Source: an uncultured Bifidobacterium sp.
GTDB lineage: Bacteria; Actinomycetota; Acidimicrobiia; Acidimicrobiales; Ilumatobacteraceae
Length of the DNA: 64,000 bases
Direction: 5' to 3'
Assembly (NCBI GenBank): GCA_964394175.1
Contig: CAYMVM010000003.1
Span: 54,605-118,604, forward strand
A program made the translations under genes and the position numbers. Below are positions 18,031 through 27,908 of the stretch, piece by piece. The notes under the pieces were generated by a model. The model had not been told where the DNA came from. It ran no database searches and was given only the letters and a program-made list of their open reading frames with translations. The first letter of the stretch is position 1; every line of letters begins with the position of its first letter.

Positions 18031-18807
18031 ATGTCGATGCATCTCTTCAGTCCCGAGAACAATCCGGGCTCGAGTTTCATGAACCTGTTGAGTGCAGTCG
18101 GAGTGCAGTCTCCGGCTCCACAATCGCGAATCGATGTCCCTCATGCAACGACGTGTGTGGCACTTCGCTACTCAGACGGAGTCCTGATGGCTGGCGACCG
18201 GCGTGCAACTGCTGGGAGCCTGATCAGCCATCGGGGAATGGAAAAGGTCGTCCAAGCTGACACCTACAGCGGCGTCGCCATCGCCGGAGCTGCCGGCCCG
18301 GCTATGGAGATGATCCGACTCTTCCAATTGCAACTTGAGCATTACGAGAAGATGGAAGGCAAGCAATTGTCGCTTGAGGGCAAAGCGAACCAGTTGTCGA
18401 TGATGGTTCGCGGCAATCTCCCGGCTGCGATGCAGGGACTTGCGGTCGTGCCGATCTTTGGCGGTTACGACAAGTTGCATGCCACCGGACGTCTGTGGGA
18501 CTACGACGTCACCGGCGGGCGCTATGAAGAGAGAGAGTTCGTGGCGACAGGCTCGGGCAGTCTTCATGCCGGGACCGTCGTCAAGGTCGGCTGGCGAACG
18601 GGTATGGATCGCAGCGCCGCTATCGCTCTCGCATGTCGTTCCCTGTGGGAGGCCGCGGACGCAGACTCAGCCACGGGTGGACCAGATGCATTGCGGGGTA
18701 TTTATCCGATCGTTGCGACCATCACGTCGGTCGGATGGCAATCAGTGGCCGACGAAGAACTCGCCGGTGTGTTCCAGTCGATCGCGAGCGAGGTGCAAGC
18801 GCGATGA
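18031..18807 (+). CDS. prcB: 20S proteasome beta subunit PrcB (with propeptide)
   Basis: Propeptide followed by PHA|TTCVALRYSDGVLMAGDRRAT, with the catalytic Thr after processing. Confidence 0.93.
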   Translation: MSMHLFSPENNPGSSFMNLLSAVGVQSPAPQSRIDVPHATTCVALRYSDGVLMAGDRRATAGSLISHRGMEKVVQADTYSGVAIAGAAGPAMEMIRLFQLQLEHYEKMEGKQLSLEGKANQLSMMVRGNLPAAMQGLAVVPIFGGYDKLHATGRLWDYDVTGGRYEEREFVATGSGSLHAGTVVKVGWRTGMDRSAAIALACRSLWEAADADSATGGPDALRGIYPIVATITSVGWQSVADEELAGVFQSIASEVQAR

Positions 18808-19481
18808 GCATGCCTTTCTACGTTCCACCTGAGCAACAGATGAAGGATCGCGCGGACTTCGCGCGGAAAGGAATCGCTCGCGGACGAGCACTCGTTGCCG
18901 TGCAGTTCGATCAGGGAATACTGCTCGTCGCCGAAAACCCGTCAAGCACATTGCGCAAGGTCAGCGAGATCTATGACCGCATTGCCTTCGCCGGGGTGGG
19001 CAAGTACAACGAGTTCGATCAACTGAGACAAGCGGGTGTCAGATCTGCAGACTTGACCGGCTTTCAGTACTCACGTCTCGACGTCGATGCGAGAAGTCTC
19101 GCAAATCAATACGCGCAGATCATGGGGCAGATTTTCACCCATGACTCCAAGCCCCTCGAAGTCGAGATTCTTGTCGCCGAGGTCGGCTTGACCAGTGAAG
19201 ACGATCGCCTCTTTCACATCTTGTATGACGGGACGGTCATGGATGAGAACAACTTCAGTGTTCTTGGTGGCGATGCAGAGTCCATCAGCGAACGGATGTC
19301 GACCAATTTCGTTGCCGGCTGCGACTTGTCCAGTGCCGTGAAGTGTGCTCACGCGGCACTGGCAGGAACTGATCGTCAGCTGGTTGCGGAGGATCTCGAG
19401 GTGGCGACACTCCGCAGGGGAAATGGTCGACGTTGCTTCGCCCGTGTCTCAGGCGTCGACGTGCAGTCTCTCTTGGCGTGA
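18804..19481 (+). CDS. prcA: 20S proteasome alpha subunit PrcA
   Basis: [33 protein letters not shown]... is close to mycobacterial PrcA. The ATG overlaps the prcB stop (ATGA at 18804-18807). Confidence 0.93.
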   Translation: MSMPFYVPPEQQMKDRADFARKGIARGRALVAVQFDQGILLVAENPSSTLRKVSEIYDRIAFAGVGKYNEFDQLRQAGVRSADLTGFQYSRLDVDARSLANQYAQIMGQIFTHDSKPLEVEILVAEVGLTSEDDRLFHILYDGTVMDENNFSVLGGDAESISERMSTNFVAGCDLSSAVKCAHAALAGTDRQLVAEDLEVATLRRGNGRRCFARVSGVDVQSLLA

Positions 19482-19492
19482 CGACGTCCCAG

Positions 19493-20851
19493 ATGGACCG
19501 CCGTATCTACGGCCTGGAGAACGAGTACGGAATCACGTGCACCTTGCGTGGTCAACGACGACTCACGCCTGACGAAGTTGCTCGCTACCTGTTTCGCAAA
19601 GTGGTGGCGTGGGGTCGAAGTTCGAACGTCTTTTTGGAGAACGGAGCGCGGCTTTATCTGGACGTCGGGTCACATCCGGAATATGCCACCCCAGAGTGCG
19701 ATTCTCTGCTCGAGCTCGTGACACACGACAAGGCGGGTGAACGTAGGTTGGAAGACCTCGTCGGTGCCGCCGAAGATCGGTTGAAGGACGAGGGCATTCG
19801 CGGGACCATCTATCTCTTCAAGAACAACACCGATTCGGCAGGCAATTCCTACGGTTGTCATGAGAACTATCTGGTGCGTCGGACGGAAGCGCCTATCCGC
19901 TACGACGAGGTGCTGATTCCGTTTCTTGTCACACGGAGCATCTACACGGGCGCGGGAAAGATTTTGAACACACCGCGTGGGCCTCTGTACTCAATCGCTC
20001 AGCGCGCTGAACATATCTGGGAGGGCGTCAGCTCGGCGACCACACGCAGCCGACCGATCATCAACACCCGTGATGAGCCACACGCCGATGCCGAGGTGTA
20101 TCGACGCTTGCATGTCATTGTCGGTGATTCGAACATGAGCGAATACACGACGTTCGTCAAGGTCGGTGCGACGGCGTGCATTTTGCGAATGCTCGAGAGC
20201 GATGCAGTGAGCCTGCGTGACATGACTTTGGAAAACCCGATTAGGGCGATTCGTGAGATCAGCCACGACACCACATGTCGACGACCCATTCGCCTCGCGT
20301 CGGGTCGGGAAATGAGCGCTCTCGACATCCAGCGTGAGTTGCTTGACAAAGCACATGTTTTTGCCGACCAGGTGGGCCTTCCAGACTTGGAGCGCAGGGC
20401 ACTCGACATGTGGACACATTGCATCGAGACCATCGAGGTGGATCCCTTCAAGTTGGATCGAGAGGTCGACTGGGTCATCAAACATCGCTTGATCGATTCA
20501 TATGCTTCAAAGCACGGAATGACATTGGCTGATGCCCAGGTACAACTCATCGACTTGCAATATCACGACATCAACACTGAACGCGGTCTTTTCTACAAGG
20601 CACAACGTCGTGGCCTGGTCGAGCGTATGTGTTCTGACGAAGCCATCAATCGCGCTATGGATGAGCCGCCGCAGACGACACGTGCTCGGTTGAGAGGCGA
20701 GTTCGTACGGGAAGCGAAGTCGAAGAAGCGTGATTTCACTGTCGACTGGGTGCACCTGAAGTTGAATGACCAAGCGCAAAGAACCGTCCTGTGCAAGGAT
20801 CCCTTCAGAAGCAGGGACGAGAGAGTGGAGCGGCTCATCGCAGGCTTGTAG
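19493..20851 (+). CDS. pafA: Pup--protein ligase PafA
   Basis: [25 protein letters not shown], 452 aa. It starts 11 nt after prcA. Confidence 0.92.
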   Translation: MDRRIYGLENEYGITCTLRGQRRLTPDEVARYLFRKVVAWGRSSNVFLENGARLYLDVGSHPEYATPECDSLLELVTHDKAGERRLEDLVGAAEDRLKDEGIRGTIYLFKNNTDSAGNSYGCHENYLVRRTEAPIRYDEVLIPFLVTRSIYTGAGKILNTPRGPLYSIAQRAEHIWEGVSSATTRSRPIINTRDEPHADAEVYRRLHVIVGDSNMSEYTTFVKVGATACILRMLESDAVSLRDMTLENPIRAIREISHDTTCRRPIRLASGREMSALDIQRELLDKAHVFADQVGLPDLERRALDMWTHCIETIEVDPFKLDREVDWVIKHRLIDSYASKHGMTLADAQVQLIDLQYHDINTERGLFYKAQRRGLVERMCSDEAINRAMDEPPQTTRARLRGEFVREAKSKKRDFTVDWVHLKLNDQAQRTVLCKDPFRSRDERVERLIAGL

Positions 20852-20882
20852 CCATTCTCGGACCTCGGCGAACTACCGTTGA

Positions 20883-21473
20883 GTGCTCATGTCCTCCGAA
20901 GTCGCTCAATCCAACTCGGGTGTGTTCAAGGCCCTGAGAGAGTGGCTCGTTGTGATCCTGGTCGCTCTTGGTGCAGCGCTATTAGTCCGTATGTTCGTGC
21001 TGCAGCAGTACTACATCTCGGGTCCTTCGATGGAGTCGACTTTGTTTCAGGACAACCGAGTTCTCGTGAACAAGTTGAGTTACCGACTCCATGACATCCA
21101 CAGAGGTGACGTCGTCGTCTTCGAGAGAATCACCATGGACGGTGCCACCGTGGCTCATGACGATCTAATCAAACGTGTCGTCGCACTCGAAGGTGACACC
21201 GTCGAGATAAAGAACTGTGAGCTGTTTGTGAATGGCGCAGTCGTGTCCGAGGAGTACCTACCCGAGGATGACCTTTCCCAGACCGATCCCAACAATCGAT
21301 GCGGTCAGCCGATGGTGGAGAAGACGACCATTCCCGCAGGGAAGGTGTACGTCCTCGGTGACAATCGTCCGGAATCGTTCGACAGTCGCCGTTTCGGACC
21401 GATCGAAGAGAAATTCGTCATCGGTAGAGCGTTCGTCGTCGTGTGGCCATTCAAGATGTGGAAACTGTTGTGA
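20883..21473 (+). CDS. lepB: Signal peptidase I
   Basis: N-terminal TM segment, GPSMESTL (catalytic Ser box), IKRVVALEGD (Lys box) and GDNRPESFDSRRFG. Confidence 0.9.
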   Translation: MLMSSEVAQSNSGVFKALREWLVVILVALGAALLVRMFVLQQYYISGPSMESTLFQDNRVLVNKLSYRLHDIHRGDVVVFERITMDGATVAHDDLIKRVVALEGDTVEIKNCELFVNGAVVSEEYLPEDDLSQTDPNNRCGQPMVEKTTIPAGKVYVLGDNRPESFDSRRFGPIEEKFVIGRAFVVVWPFKMWKLL

Positions 21474-22220
21474 TCACATCAGTCCCTGAAATCCAGCGGT
21501 TCCAGCCTCGCCCTTGACGACGTCCATCATCATGTCGACATGGTCGCTGTACACCGCGTCCATTCCCATGCGGATAACTTCGGCCATTCTCGTTTCGAAC
21601 TGTATGTCCCACGCGAAACACAAGATGCCAAAACGGTGAAAGAGCGTGGTCAGTCCTCCGGACCAGTCGCTGTGGTGCATGTTGACCGCATCGATTCCTG
21701 ATCGCTGAAGATCGGCCGCGTGGCGCTCTGGCCCATGTGTCATTTTTGCCAGTCTCGTCGAGTGCACTCTTCGTGCTCCGGAATCGGAACCACACTGGTC
21801 GATCAGGGTGGTCATGTCGGGATGACACAACCACAACCGATCTGTCGGAAGACCTGCGTCACGACTTCCCCTCGTCACAACGTCGAATGCTGCAGAGTCC
21901 TTGATGTCGACGCTGAGATGAAACGACGTGCCGACGCTTTCAAAGAAATCGTCGAGAGACGGGATGTGAGGGGGTAGGTCCTGTCGTTTGAGGGTATCGA
22001 TCTGACGTCGACGAAAACGGGGTCCGACAACACCGTCATGATCAAGGACGGGTTCCCCGTCCGCGGTCAACCAGATGTCTGTCTCTAACCCGGTTCCTCC
22101 GAGCCGTAGCGCCAATGTGAACGCCTCAATGGTGTTTTCTCTTGCATGAGCACTCGCACCACGGTGCGCAAATGAAATGGGCACATCAAGGAGCGAGGGG
22201 AGTCTCTGTTGCACGACCAC
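21474..22220 (-). CDS. Glycerophosphodiester phosphodiesterase family protein
   Basis: SFAHRGASAHARENTIEAF and LETDIWLTADGEPVLDHD motifs. Its stop codon abuts the lepB stop with no gap. Confidence 0.85.
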   Translation of the reverse strand: MVVQQRLPSLLDVPISFAHRGASAHARENTIEAFTLALRLGGTGLETDIWLTADGEPVLDHDGVVGPRFRRRQIDTLKRQDLPPHIPSLDDFFESVGTSFHLSVDIKDSAAFDVVTRGSRDAGLPTDRLWLCHPDMTTLIDQCGSDSGARRVHSTRLAKMTHGPERHAADLQRSGIDAVNMHHSDWSGGLTTLFHRFGILCFAWDIQFETRMAEVIRMGMDAVYSDHVDMMMDVVKGEAGTAGFQGLM

Positions 22221-22289
22221 AGAGTATGTTCCGACACGCTTTCGACATTGGTTCTGCGCTGCGAAGAAGGGGCTCGTACACTTGTGAGA

Positions 22290-22631
22290 GTGTTCAACCT
22301 GTCCGGCAGCGAGGTCATTTTCTTGCTCTTGGCCGGTCTTGTGGTTCTCGGTCCGGAACGGCTTCCGAGTGTCATACGGCGAGTCGGCCGGACGTACGGT
22401 CAGCTTCGACGGATGGCCTCGTCTTTTGAAGCAGAGATGAAAGAAACCTTCGGTGAACCTCTCGATGAGATCCGAGGTGCCGTCAAGGGGCTCTCAGACG
22501 AGGTCAACAAAGCGACCAAGGGTGATGGTTGGTTCGGAGTCGTTGATGACGAGCCTTCGCCACCGATGCGTCCTGAGCAGTCATCGCCTCCGGACACTGC
22601 TGACGGAAACTCCGACGGGGGAGTGAAATGA
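22290..22631 (+). CDS. tatB: Twin-arginine translocase TatA/TatB family protein (TatB-like)
   Basis: (M)FNLSGSEVIFLLLAGLVVLGPERLPSVIRRVGRTYGQLRR resembles E. coli TatB (MFDIGFSELLL...LGPQRLP). Start is the GTG at 22290 or 22284. Confidence 0.75.
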   Translation: MFNLSGSEVIFLLLAGLVVLGPERLPSVIRRVGRTYGQLRRMASSFEAEMKETFGEPLDEIRGAVKGLSDEVNKATKGDGWFGVVDDEPSPPMRPEQSSPPDTADGNSDGGVK

Positions 22632-23404
22632 CGCAAGCTGGTTCAGTTGGGGCGTCATCAGAAGCCGATGTGACCATGACGATGATGGATCATCTACGTG
22701 AGCTTCGCATGCGTATCGTGCGGGCGCTCATCGGCGTCGCGGTCGGAATGGTCGTGGTCTTGTCGTTCTACGATCCGATTCTTCGATTCCTCACCAAGCC
22801 ATACCGCGATCTGTGTGCGACCAATCCTGGCTACTCGTGTGATGGCTCGCTGTTTGCGCTCGGACCGTTGGACGGTTTTGCGGCACGCATCAGGATCGCA
22901 ACGTGGGGCGGGGTGATTCTCGCTTTACCTATCGTTTTTTGGCAGATCTGGCGATTTGTTGCTCCAGGTCTCGACAAACGTGAGAAGCGATATGCGATTC
23001 CGTTCATCGCCTCCACGACGGTGTTGTTCGCAGTCGGTTGCTGGATGGCGTATTGGACCTTGGACAAGGCCCTTGAATTCCTCATCTCATGGTCAGGAAG
23101 CTCGGTCGACCAGGCGTATCAGGTGTCGAAGTATGTCTCACTCGTGACACTCATGGCGCTGGCTTTTGGCGCCGGATTCCTCAGCCCGGTGCTGATTCTC
23201 TTCTTGCAGCTGGTCGGCATCGTCACTCCACGAACACTCATGAGGCAATGGCGCATCGCCATCATGTGCATCTTTGTGGCGGCGGCAGTCATCACCCCGA
23301 GCGGAGACCCCGTGAGCCTGTTTGCACTCTCTGTTCCGATGACTTTGTTGTATTTCATGGCCGTCCTCATCGGGTGGCTGATCACTCGTAGACGGTCACG
23401 TTGA
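22628..23404 (+). CDS. tatC: Twin-arginine translocase subunit TatC
   Basis: MMDHLRELRMRIVRAL..., six hydrophobic segments, and an ATGA overlap with tatB. Confidence 0.9.
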   Translation: MTQAGSVGASSEADVTMTMMDHLRELRMRIVRALIGVAVGMVVVLSFYDPILRFLTKPYRDLCATNPGYSCDGSLFALGPLDGFAARIRIATWGGVILALPIVFWQIWRFVAPGLDKREKRYAIPFIASTTVLFAVGCWMAYWTLDKALEFLISWSGSSVDQAYQVSKYVSLVTLMALAFGAGFLSPVLILFLQLVGIVTPRTLMRQWRIAIMCIFVAAAVITPSGDPVSLFALSVPMTLLYFMAVLIGWLITRRRSR

Positions 23405-25995
23405 CAGACGCCTCCCAGATGATGTCAGAGACATTGACCCGGTTCGTGAAAGAACTGGACTTCACTGTTGACGAGTTCCAAGTGCGTGCATGTGGATCAT
23501 TGGATGCTGGCAACTCTGTACTGGTTTCCGCACCCACAGGTTCGGGGAAGACTCTCATTGCGGAGTATGCGCTCGAGCTCGCCCTCTTCCGTGGAGATAG
23601 GGCTTTCTACACGACGCCGATCAAAGCACTTTCGAATCAGAAATTTCGCGATCTTGTGGAGCGTCTTGGCGCGGACCGAGTCGGATTGCTCACAGGAGAT
23701 AACTCAGTGAATCCGTCGGCGGAAGTCGTCGTGATGACCACCGAAGTGTTGCGGAACATGATCTATGCCCGCGCGGACTCCCTCGATTCACTCGGAGTCG
23801 TCGTACTCGACGAGGTTCACTTCCTCCAAGACACCTTTCGCGGACCGGTCTGGGAAGAAGTGATCATTCATCTCCCGATGGAAGTTCAACTCGTGTGCCT
23901 ATCCGCAACGGTTTCTAACGCTGCGGAAGTGGCCTCGTGGCTGACGACCGTACGAGGTAGAACAGAGTCGATCGTCGAGACGACTCGTCCTGTCGAGCTC
24001 GTGAATCACTTTGTCGTCGGCGACAGTGCCACCCATTCAGTGCTGATGCATGACACACTCGTCCATGGGGAGCCCAATCAGCGACTGCGTCGACTTCTCA
24101 CCGAAGACGTCCGACGGCGGAATCAGCAGTCTGGATCCAGACACCGTCGAAGTCGGTTCTTCATCCCGAGCCGGGTTGAACTTGTCGAAATGCTCGACGA
24201 CGAGGACATGCTTCCCGCGATCGTCTTCATCTTTTCTCGGGCACAGTGTGACGACGCCGTCCGCAGTTGTGACCGGGCAGGGTTGCGCCTCACCGACAGA
24301 GATGAGTCTCTCGCCATCAGGGACATCGTCGAGCGTCGGTGCGTCGACCTGACGTTGTCCGACAGACAAGTGTTGGGTTACGACGATTTCCTCCACAACA
24401 TCTGCAACGGCATCGCTTCACACCATGCCGGCATGATTCCGTTGTTCAAGGAAGCAGTCGAGGAGTGTTTCGTTGCCGGCCTGGTGAAGGTCGTCTTCGC
24501 CACGGAGACACTTGCAGTAGGCATCAACATGCCAGCCAGGGCGGTCGTCATCGAGAAGTTGACGAAGTTTTCTGGGGAGCATCACACGCCGCTTCGAGCG
24601 ACGGACTTCGCACAGCTGACGGGTCGGGCGGGGCGGCGCGGTATCGACACTATTGGTCATGCGATCACTCTGTGGTCGCAGCAAGTGTCGTACGACCAGG
24701 TCGTGGCACTAGCTACCAGTCGGGCATTTTCCCTGAATTCTGCATTTCGTCCGACTTTCAACATGGCTGTCAACTTGGTGAATTCTCACTCCCGCGTTGA
24801 GGCGAGCCATCTTCTCAGTCTGTCATTCGCTCAATTCCAAGCCGACAAGGAGATCGTCGCAATCGAAGCACAGCTTCAGGCGAAGCGACGTGAACTCGCC
24901 CTCCTCAAACTCGATGACGACGGTGCCGATGAACCCGACGTGGAATTGGATGAGGCCGCGAGTCGAGGTGACGTCGTCCTTGCTTCGCCGACAGAGGTCG
25001 AGATCGCCCTGCGGGGTTTCCGACCTGGCGATGTGTTCTTGGTCGACAGCAGCAAGTTGCGCGGCAAGGCAGCTGTGCTGTCGACGGCATCTCGCCGAAG
25101 TGGACAGCGGTTGACCGTCATCACGACGTCCCGCAAGATGCTCGATCTGGTATCGGCTGATTTTGATTCAGTGCCGATCAAAGGAGGGTCAATCGATCTT
25201 CCGGTACCGTTTGACCCCAGCCGCACTGATTTTCAGCGAGAGGTGGCGTCACGCCTGAGTCGCGTCGAGCCGCAGGTCATCGGCCACACGAAGCGTGTGC
25301 GTGGACACAGTGTCGCCAATGACGAGTCGAGTCGCGACAGGAAGTCACGTCGTCTACGTGCAGACATCGACAAGATCGCTCGACGAAGTCAGACACAAAA
25401 GGGCGCGGTCGTCTCTCGGTTCGACGGAGTGATCTCTATTCTCGAGGAACTTGGATACGTCCAGGATTGGACACTCACCTCCAAAGGGCGTTTGCTCACC
25501 AGGGTCTTCCACGAATCTGACCTTCTCGTCGTCGAGGTGTTGAGCAATGGAATGTTGCTCGGTCTCACAATGGTCGACCTCGCCGCTGTCCTGTCATGTG
25601 TCACCTACGACCCGCGTGGACGGGGTGACGAGGGTGTTTCGTGGATCAATGACACCGTGCGGAGCAGGTTCAAACGTCTCGACAAGATGAGCAAGAAGAT
25701 TCAAGACCTCGAGCGACAACATGGAATGTCTCCCCATCGCTCACCAGATGGGGGACTGCACCGCGAAGTGGCTGCGTGGGCTCGAGGGGCATCGCTCTCA
25801 AAGATCCTCGACCCAGAAGTCACTCCAGGGGACTTCGTCCGCCACGTACGTCAAGTCATCGACTTGGCACGGCAAGTCGCGACTGTCGCAACAGACGAGA
25901 CGTTGGCGGAGACCTCCTCGCAGGTTGCCATGGCACTTGACCGGGGGCTCGTGGCGGCCAGCACCACCGTCACTGTCGAAGGGGACGTCCCGTGA
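23401..25995 (+). CDS. helY: Ski2-like DEAD/DEAH-box RNA helicase HelY
   Basis: SAPTGSGKT, DEVH, SAT, HHAGM, QLTGRAGRRG, and a long C-terminal Ski2/DSHCT-like region. It follows tatC as in mycobacteria. Start is the TTG at 23401 or the ATG at 23419. Confidence 0.88.
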   Translation: MTDASQMMSETLTRFVKELDFTVDEFQVRACGSLDAGNSVLVSAPTGSGKTLIAEYALELALFRGDRAFYTTPIKALSNQKFRDLVERLGADRVGLLTGDNSVNPSAEVVVMTTEVLRNMIYARADSLDSLGVVVLDEVHFLQDTFRGPVWEEVIIHLPMEVQLVCLSATVSNAAEVASWLTTVRGRTESIVETTRPVELVNHFVVGDSATHSVLMHDTLVHGEPNQRLRRLLTEDVRRRNQQSGSRHRRSRFFIPSRVELVEMLDDEDMLPAIVFIFSRAQCDDAVRSCDRAGLRLTDRDESLAIRDIVERRCVDLTLSDRQVLGYDDFLHNICNGIASHHAGMIPLFKEAVEECFVAGLVKVVFATETLAVGINMPARAVVIEKLTKFSGEHHTPLRATDFAQLTGRAGRRGIDTIGHAITLWSQQVSYDQVVALATSRAFSLNSAFRPTFNMAVNLVNSHSRVEASHLLSLSFAQFQADKEIVAIEAQLQAKRRELALLKLDDDGADEPDVELDEAASRGDVVLASPTEVEIALRGFRPGDVFLVDSSKLRGKAAVLSTASRRSGQRLTVITTSRKMLDLVSADFDSVPIKGGSIDLPVPFDPSRTDFQREVASRLSRVEPQVIGHTKRVRGHSVANDESSRDRKSRRLRADIDKIARRSQTQKGAVVSRFDGVISILEELGYVQDWTLTSKGRLLTRVFHESDLLVVEVLSNGMLLGLTMVDLAAVLSCVTYDPRGRGDEGVSWINDTVRSRFKRLDKMSKKIQDLERQHGMSPHRSPDGGLHREVAAWARGASLSKILDPEVTPGDFVRHVRQVIDLARQVATVATDETLAETSSQVAMALDRGLVAASTTVTVEGDVP

Positions 25996-26669
25996 CGATC
26001 GAGAAAGGTGCGAACTGGGGCACCGAAGGTTTCGTCCAAGCAGTTCGAACGTCGCGAAGCGACAAGGAATTGTCACAGGTCGTTGCCGGCGGAACCGGAG
26101 ATGTCCAAGTGCAGGGCGGTGACACATGGATTGCACTAGGGAGACCCGAGGCTGTTCAACCACCATGTCGATCACTACAACTGCCGTTTGATGCCATTGA
26201 AGTCATCGTCGAGACGGAGCGTTGGGTCGCTTTCAGTTCCGTCGTCATTCGGCAGCCGTGGACCCGAGGTGGCTGGCTGAGAGGTGATGTCTGGGTAGTG
26301 AGCGTGACCGGCATCTATCGCGGTAGACATCTCACGCCGCGAGCTCATCCGAACGACGGTCTGCTCGATGTCATCCATTTCGATCCGGCAATGTCTGGTC
26401 GACAGCGTCTGACTGCGTGGAAGCGGTCGCTCACTGGAGACCATCTTCCACACCGTCGTCTTGTGGTCCGCCGCGTCACAAGTGCTGATGTCTCATCGAC
26501 GCGTCGCCTCGATGTCTTCGTTGATGGCCATCGGGTCGGGTCGGCGCAAAGCGTTCGATTGGGCATTCTTGCCGACCATTGGACGCTGTCAATTCCGTCG
26601 GCTACCAGCCCACGTGAACCCTCACAGGAACACCTAGAGTCTGACGACGAGGAAAGGGGTGGCACGTGA
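25992..26669 (+). CDS. Hypothetical protein with similarity to the accessory (C-terminal) domain of diacylglycerol/lipid kinases
   Basis: RAHPNDGLLDVIHF resembles the DAGK-family A.P.DG.LDV motif. At 225 aa it is too short for a full kinase, and only a degenerate GGTGD stands in place of GGDGT. GTGA overlaps occur at both ends. Confidence 0.4.
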   Translation: MTIEKGANWGTEGFVQAVRTSRSDKELSQVVAGGTGDVQVQGGDTWIALGRPEAVQPPCRSLQLPFDAIEVIVETERWVAFSSVVIRQPWTRGGWLRGDVWVVSVTGIYRGRHLTPRAHPNDGLLDVIHFDPAMSGRQRLTAWKRSLTGDHLPHRRLVVRRVTSADVSSTRRLDVFVDGHRVGSAQSVRLGILADHWTLSIPSATSPREPSQEHLESDDEERGGT

Positions 26670-27859
26670 GCGACATCACTGAATTGCGTGCGTTAGCGCT
26701 TGATCACATCGACGCACTCGCGTCTGACCTCGTGCAGTTGAGCCACGACATCCATGCACGTCCCGAGTTGAATTTCGAAGAGCACTTCGCAAGCGAGCAG
26801 TTGTGCGCGACAGCTTCCCGTCACGGGGTCGAGTTGACGAAGGGTGCGTATTCATTGCCGACGGCATTTGCGGGTGAAGTCGGCGACGGACCCACCGTCG
26901 GAATCATCTGTGAATACGACGCTCTTCCCGGAATCGGCCACGGATGCGGTCACAACGTCATCGCAGCGGCGGGGCTAGGTGCGGGTATCGCACTAGCTCG
27001 AGTGTCACATCTGGCCGGGGGACGCGTGCGTTTGCTGGGTACACCGGCTGAAGAAGGGGGCGGGGGAAAGGTGTTCATGGGGCGTGCTGGCGCCTTTGAC
27101 GGTCTCGTCGCAGCGATGATGGTGCACCCCGCGGACGAGGACCTCGCAGAGATTTCTGCCATTGCGGTCCAACAGTTGTTTGTCGAGTACCAGGGGCAGG
27201 AAAGTCATGCCGCAGCCGCGCCTCACATGGGACGAAATGCCCTCGATGCCGCAGTACTCGGATACATGGGCGTCGCAGCATTGCGTCAACACATCCGACC
27301 CACAGAGCGTGTCCATGGAATCTTCACGCGGGCCGGGGACAAACCCAACATCGTGCCCCGCGACGCAGCGATGCACTGGTACATACGGTCAGATGACACG
27401 CAGACGTTACAACCCCTCAAAACTCGAGTACTTGCTGCTCTCGAGGGTGGGGCCGCGGCATGCGGTTGCACCATGTCCCATCGCTGGGACGAGACGCCAT
27501 ATGCGGATATGGTGACCAATGAAACTCTTGTCCACTCGTACACAGAACATGCTGCGATGCTCGGACGTGTGGTGCGTGCAGCCGACGCGGAACGCGCCGT
27601 CGTCGGAAGCACTGACATGGGCAACGTCAGTCATCTCGTACCGTCGATTCACCCGATGATCGCTGTCGCCCCACGAGGAACTGCCATCCACACGGAACAG
27701 TTCGCCACCCACGCGGTGTCGCCGATGGCCGACCGGGCGATCATCGATGCTGCTAAGGCAATGGCACTGACAGCACTCGATGTGTGGACGAACGATGGCC
27801 TTCGCAGCCAAGTCGAGACTGACTATCGACTGGCAGCCCCGGACCGTGGCGTCCTCTGA
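26666..27859 (+). CDS. M20 family amidohydrolase/peptidase (AbgB or aminoacylase-like)
   Basis: DALPGIGHGCGHNVIAAAGLGAG, GTPAEEGGGGK, and a dimerisation-domain-sized insert. Confidence 0.85.
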   Translation: MSDITELRALALDHIDALASDLVQLSHDIHARPELNFEEHFASEQLCATASRHGVELTKGAYSLPTAFAGEVGDGPTVGIICEYDALPGIGHGCGHNVIAAAGLGAGIALARVSHLAGGRVRLLGTPAEEGGGGKVFMGRAGAFDGLVAAMMVHPADEDLAEISAIAVQQLFVEYQGQESHAAAAPHMGRNALDAAVLGYMGVAALRQHIRPTERVHGIFTRAGDKPNIVPRDAAMHWYIRSDDTQTLQPLKTRVLAALEGGAAACGCTMSHRWDETPYADMVTNETLVHSYTEHAAMLGRVVRAADAERAVVGSTDMGNVSHLVPSIHPMIAVAPRGTAIHTEQFATHAVSPMADRAIIDAAKAMALTALDVWTNDGLRSQVETDYRLAAPDRGVL

Positions 27860-27908
27860 CGGTCGCTATCCACGACCTGCCCATCGGGGACTCCTAGCAT
27901 GACCCTTT

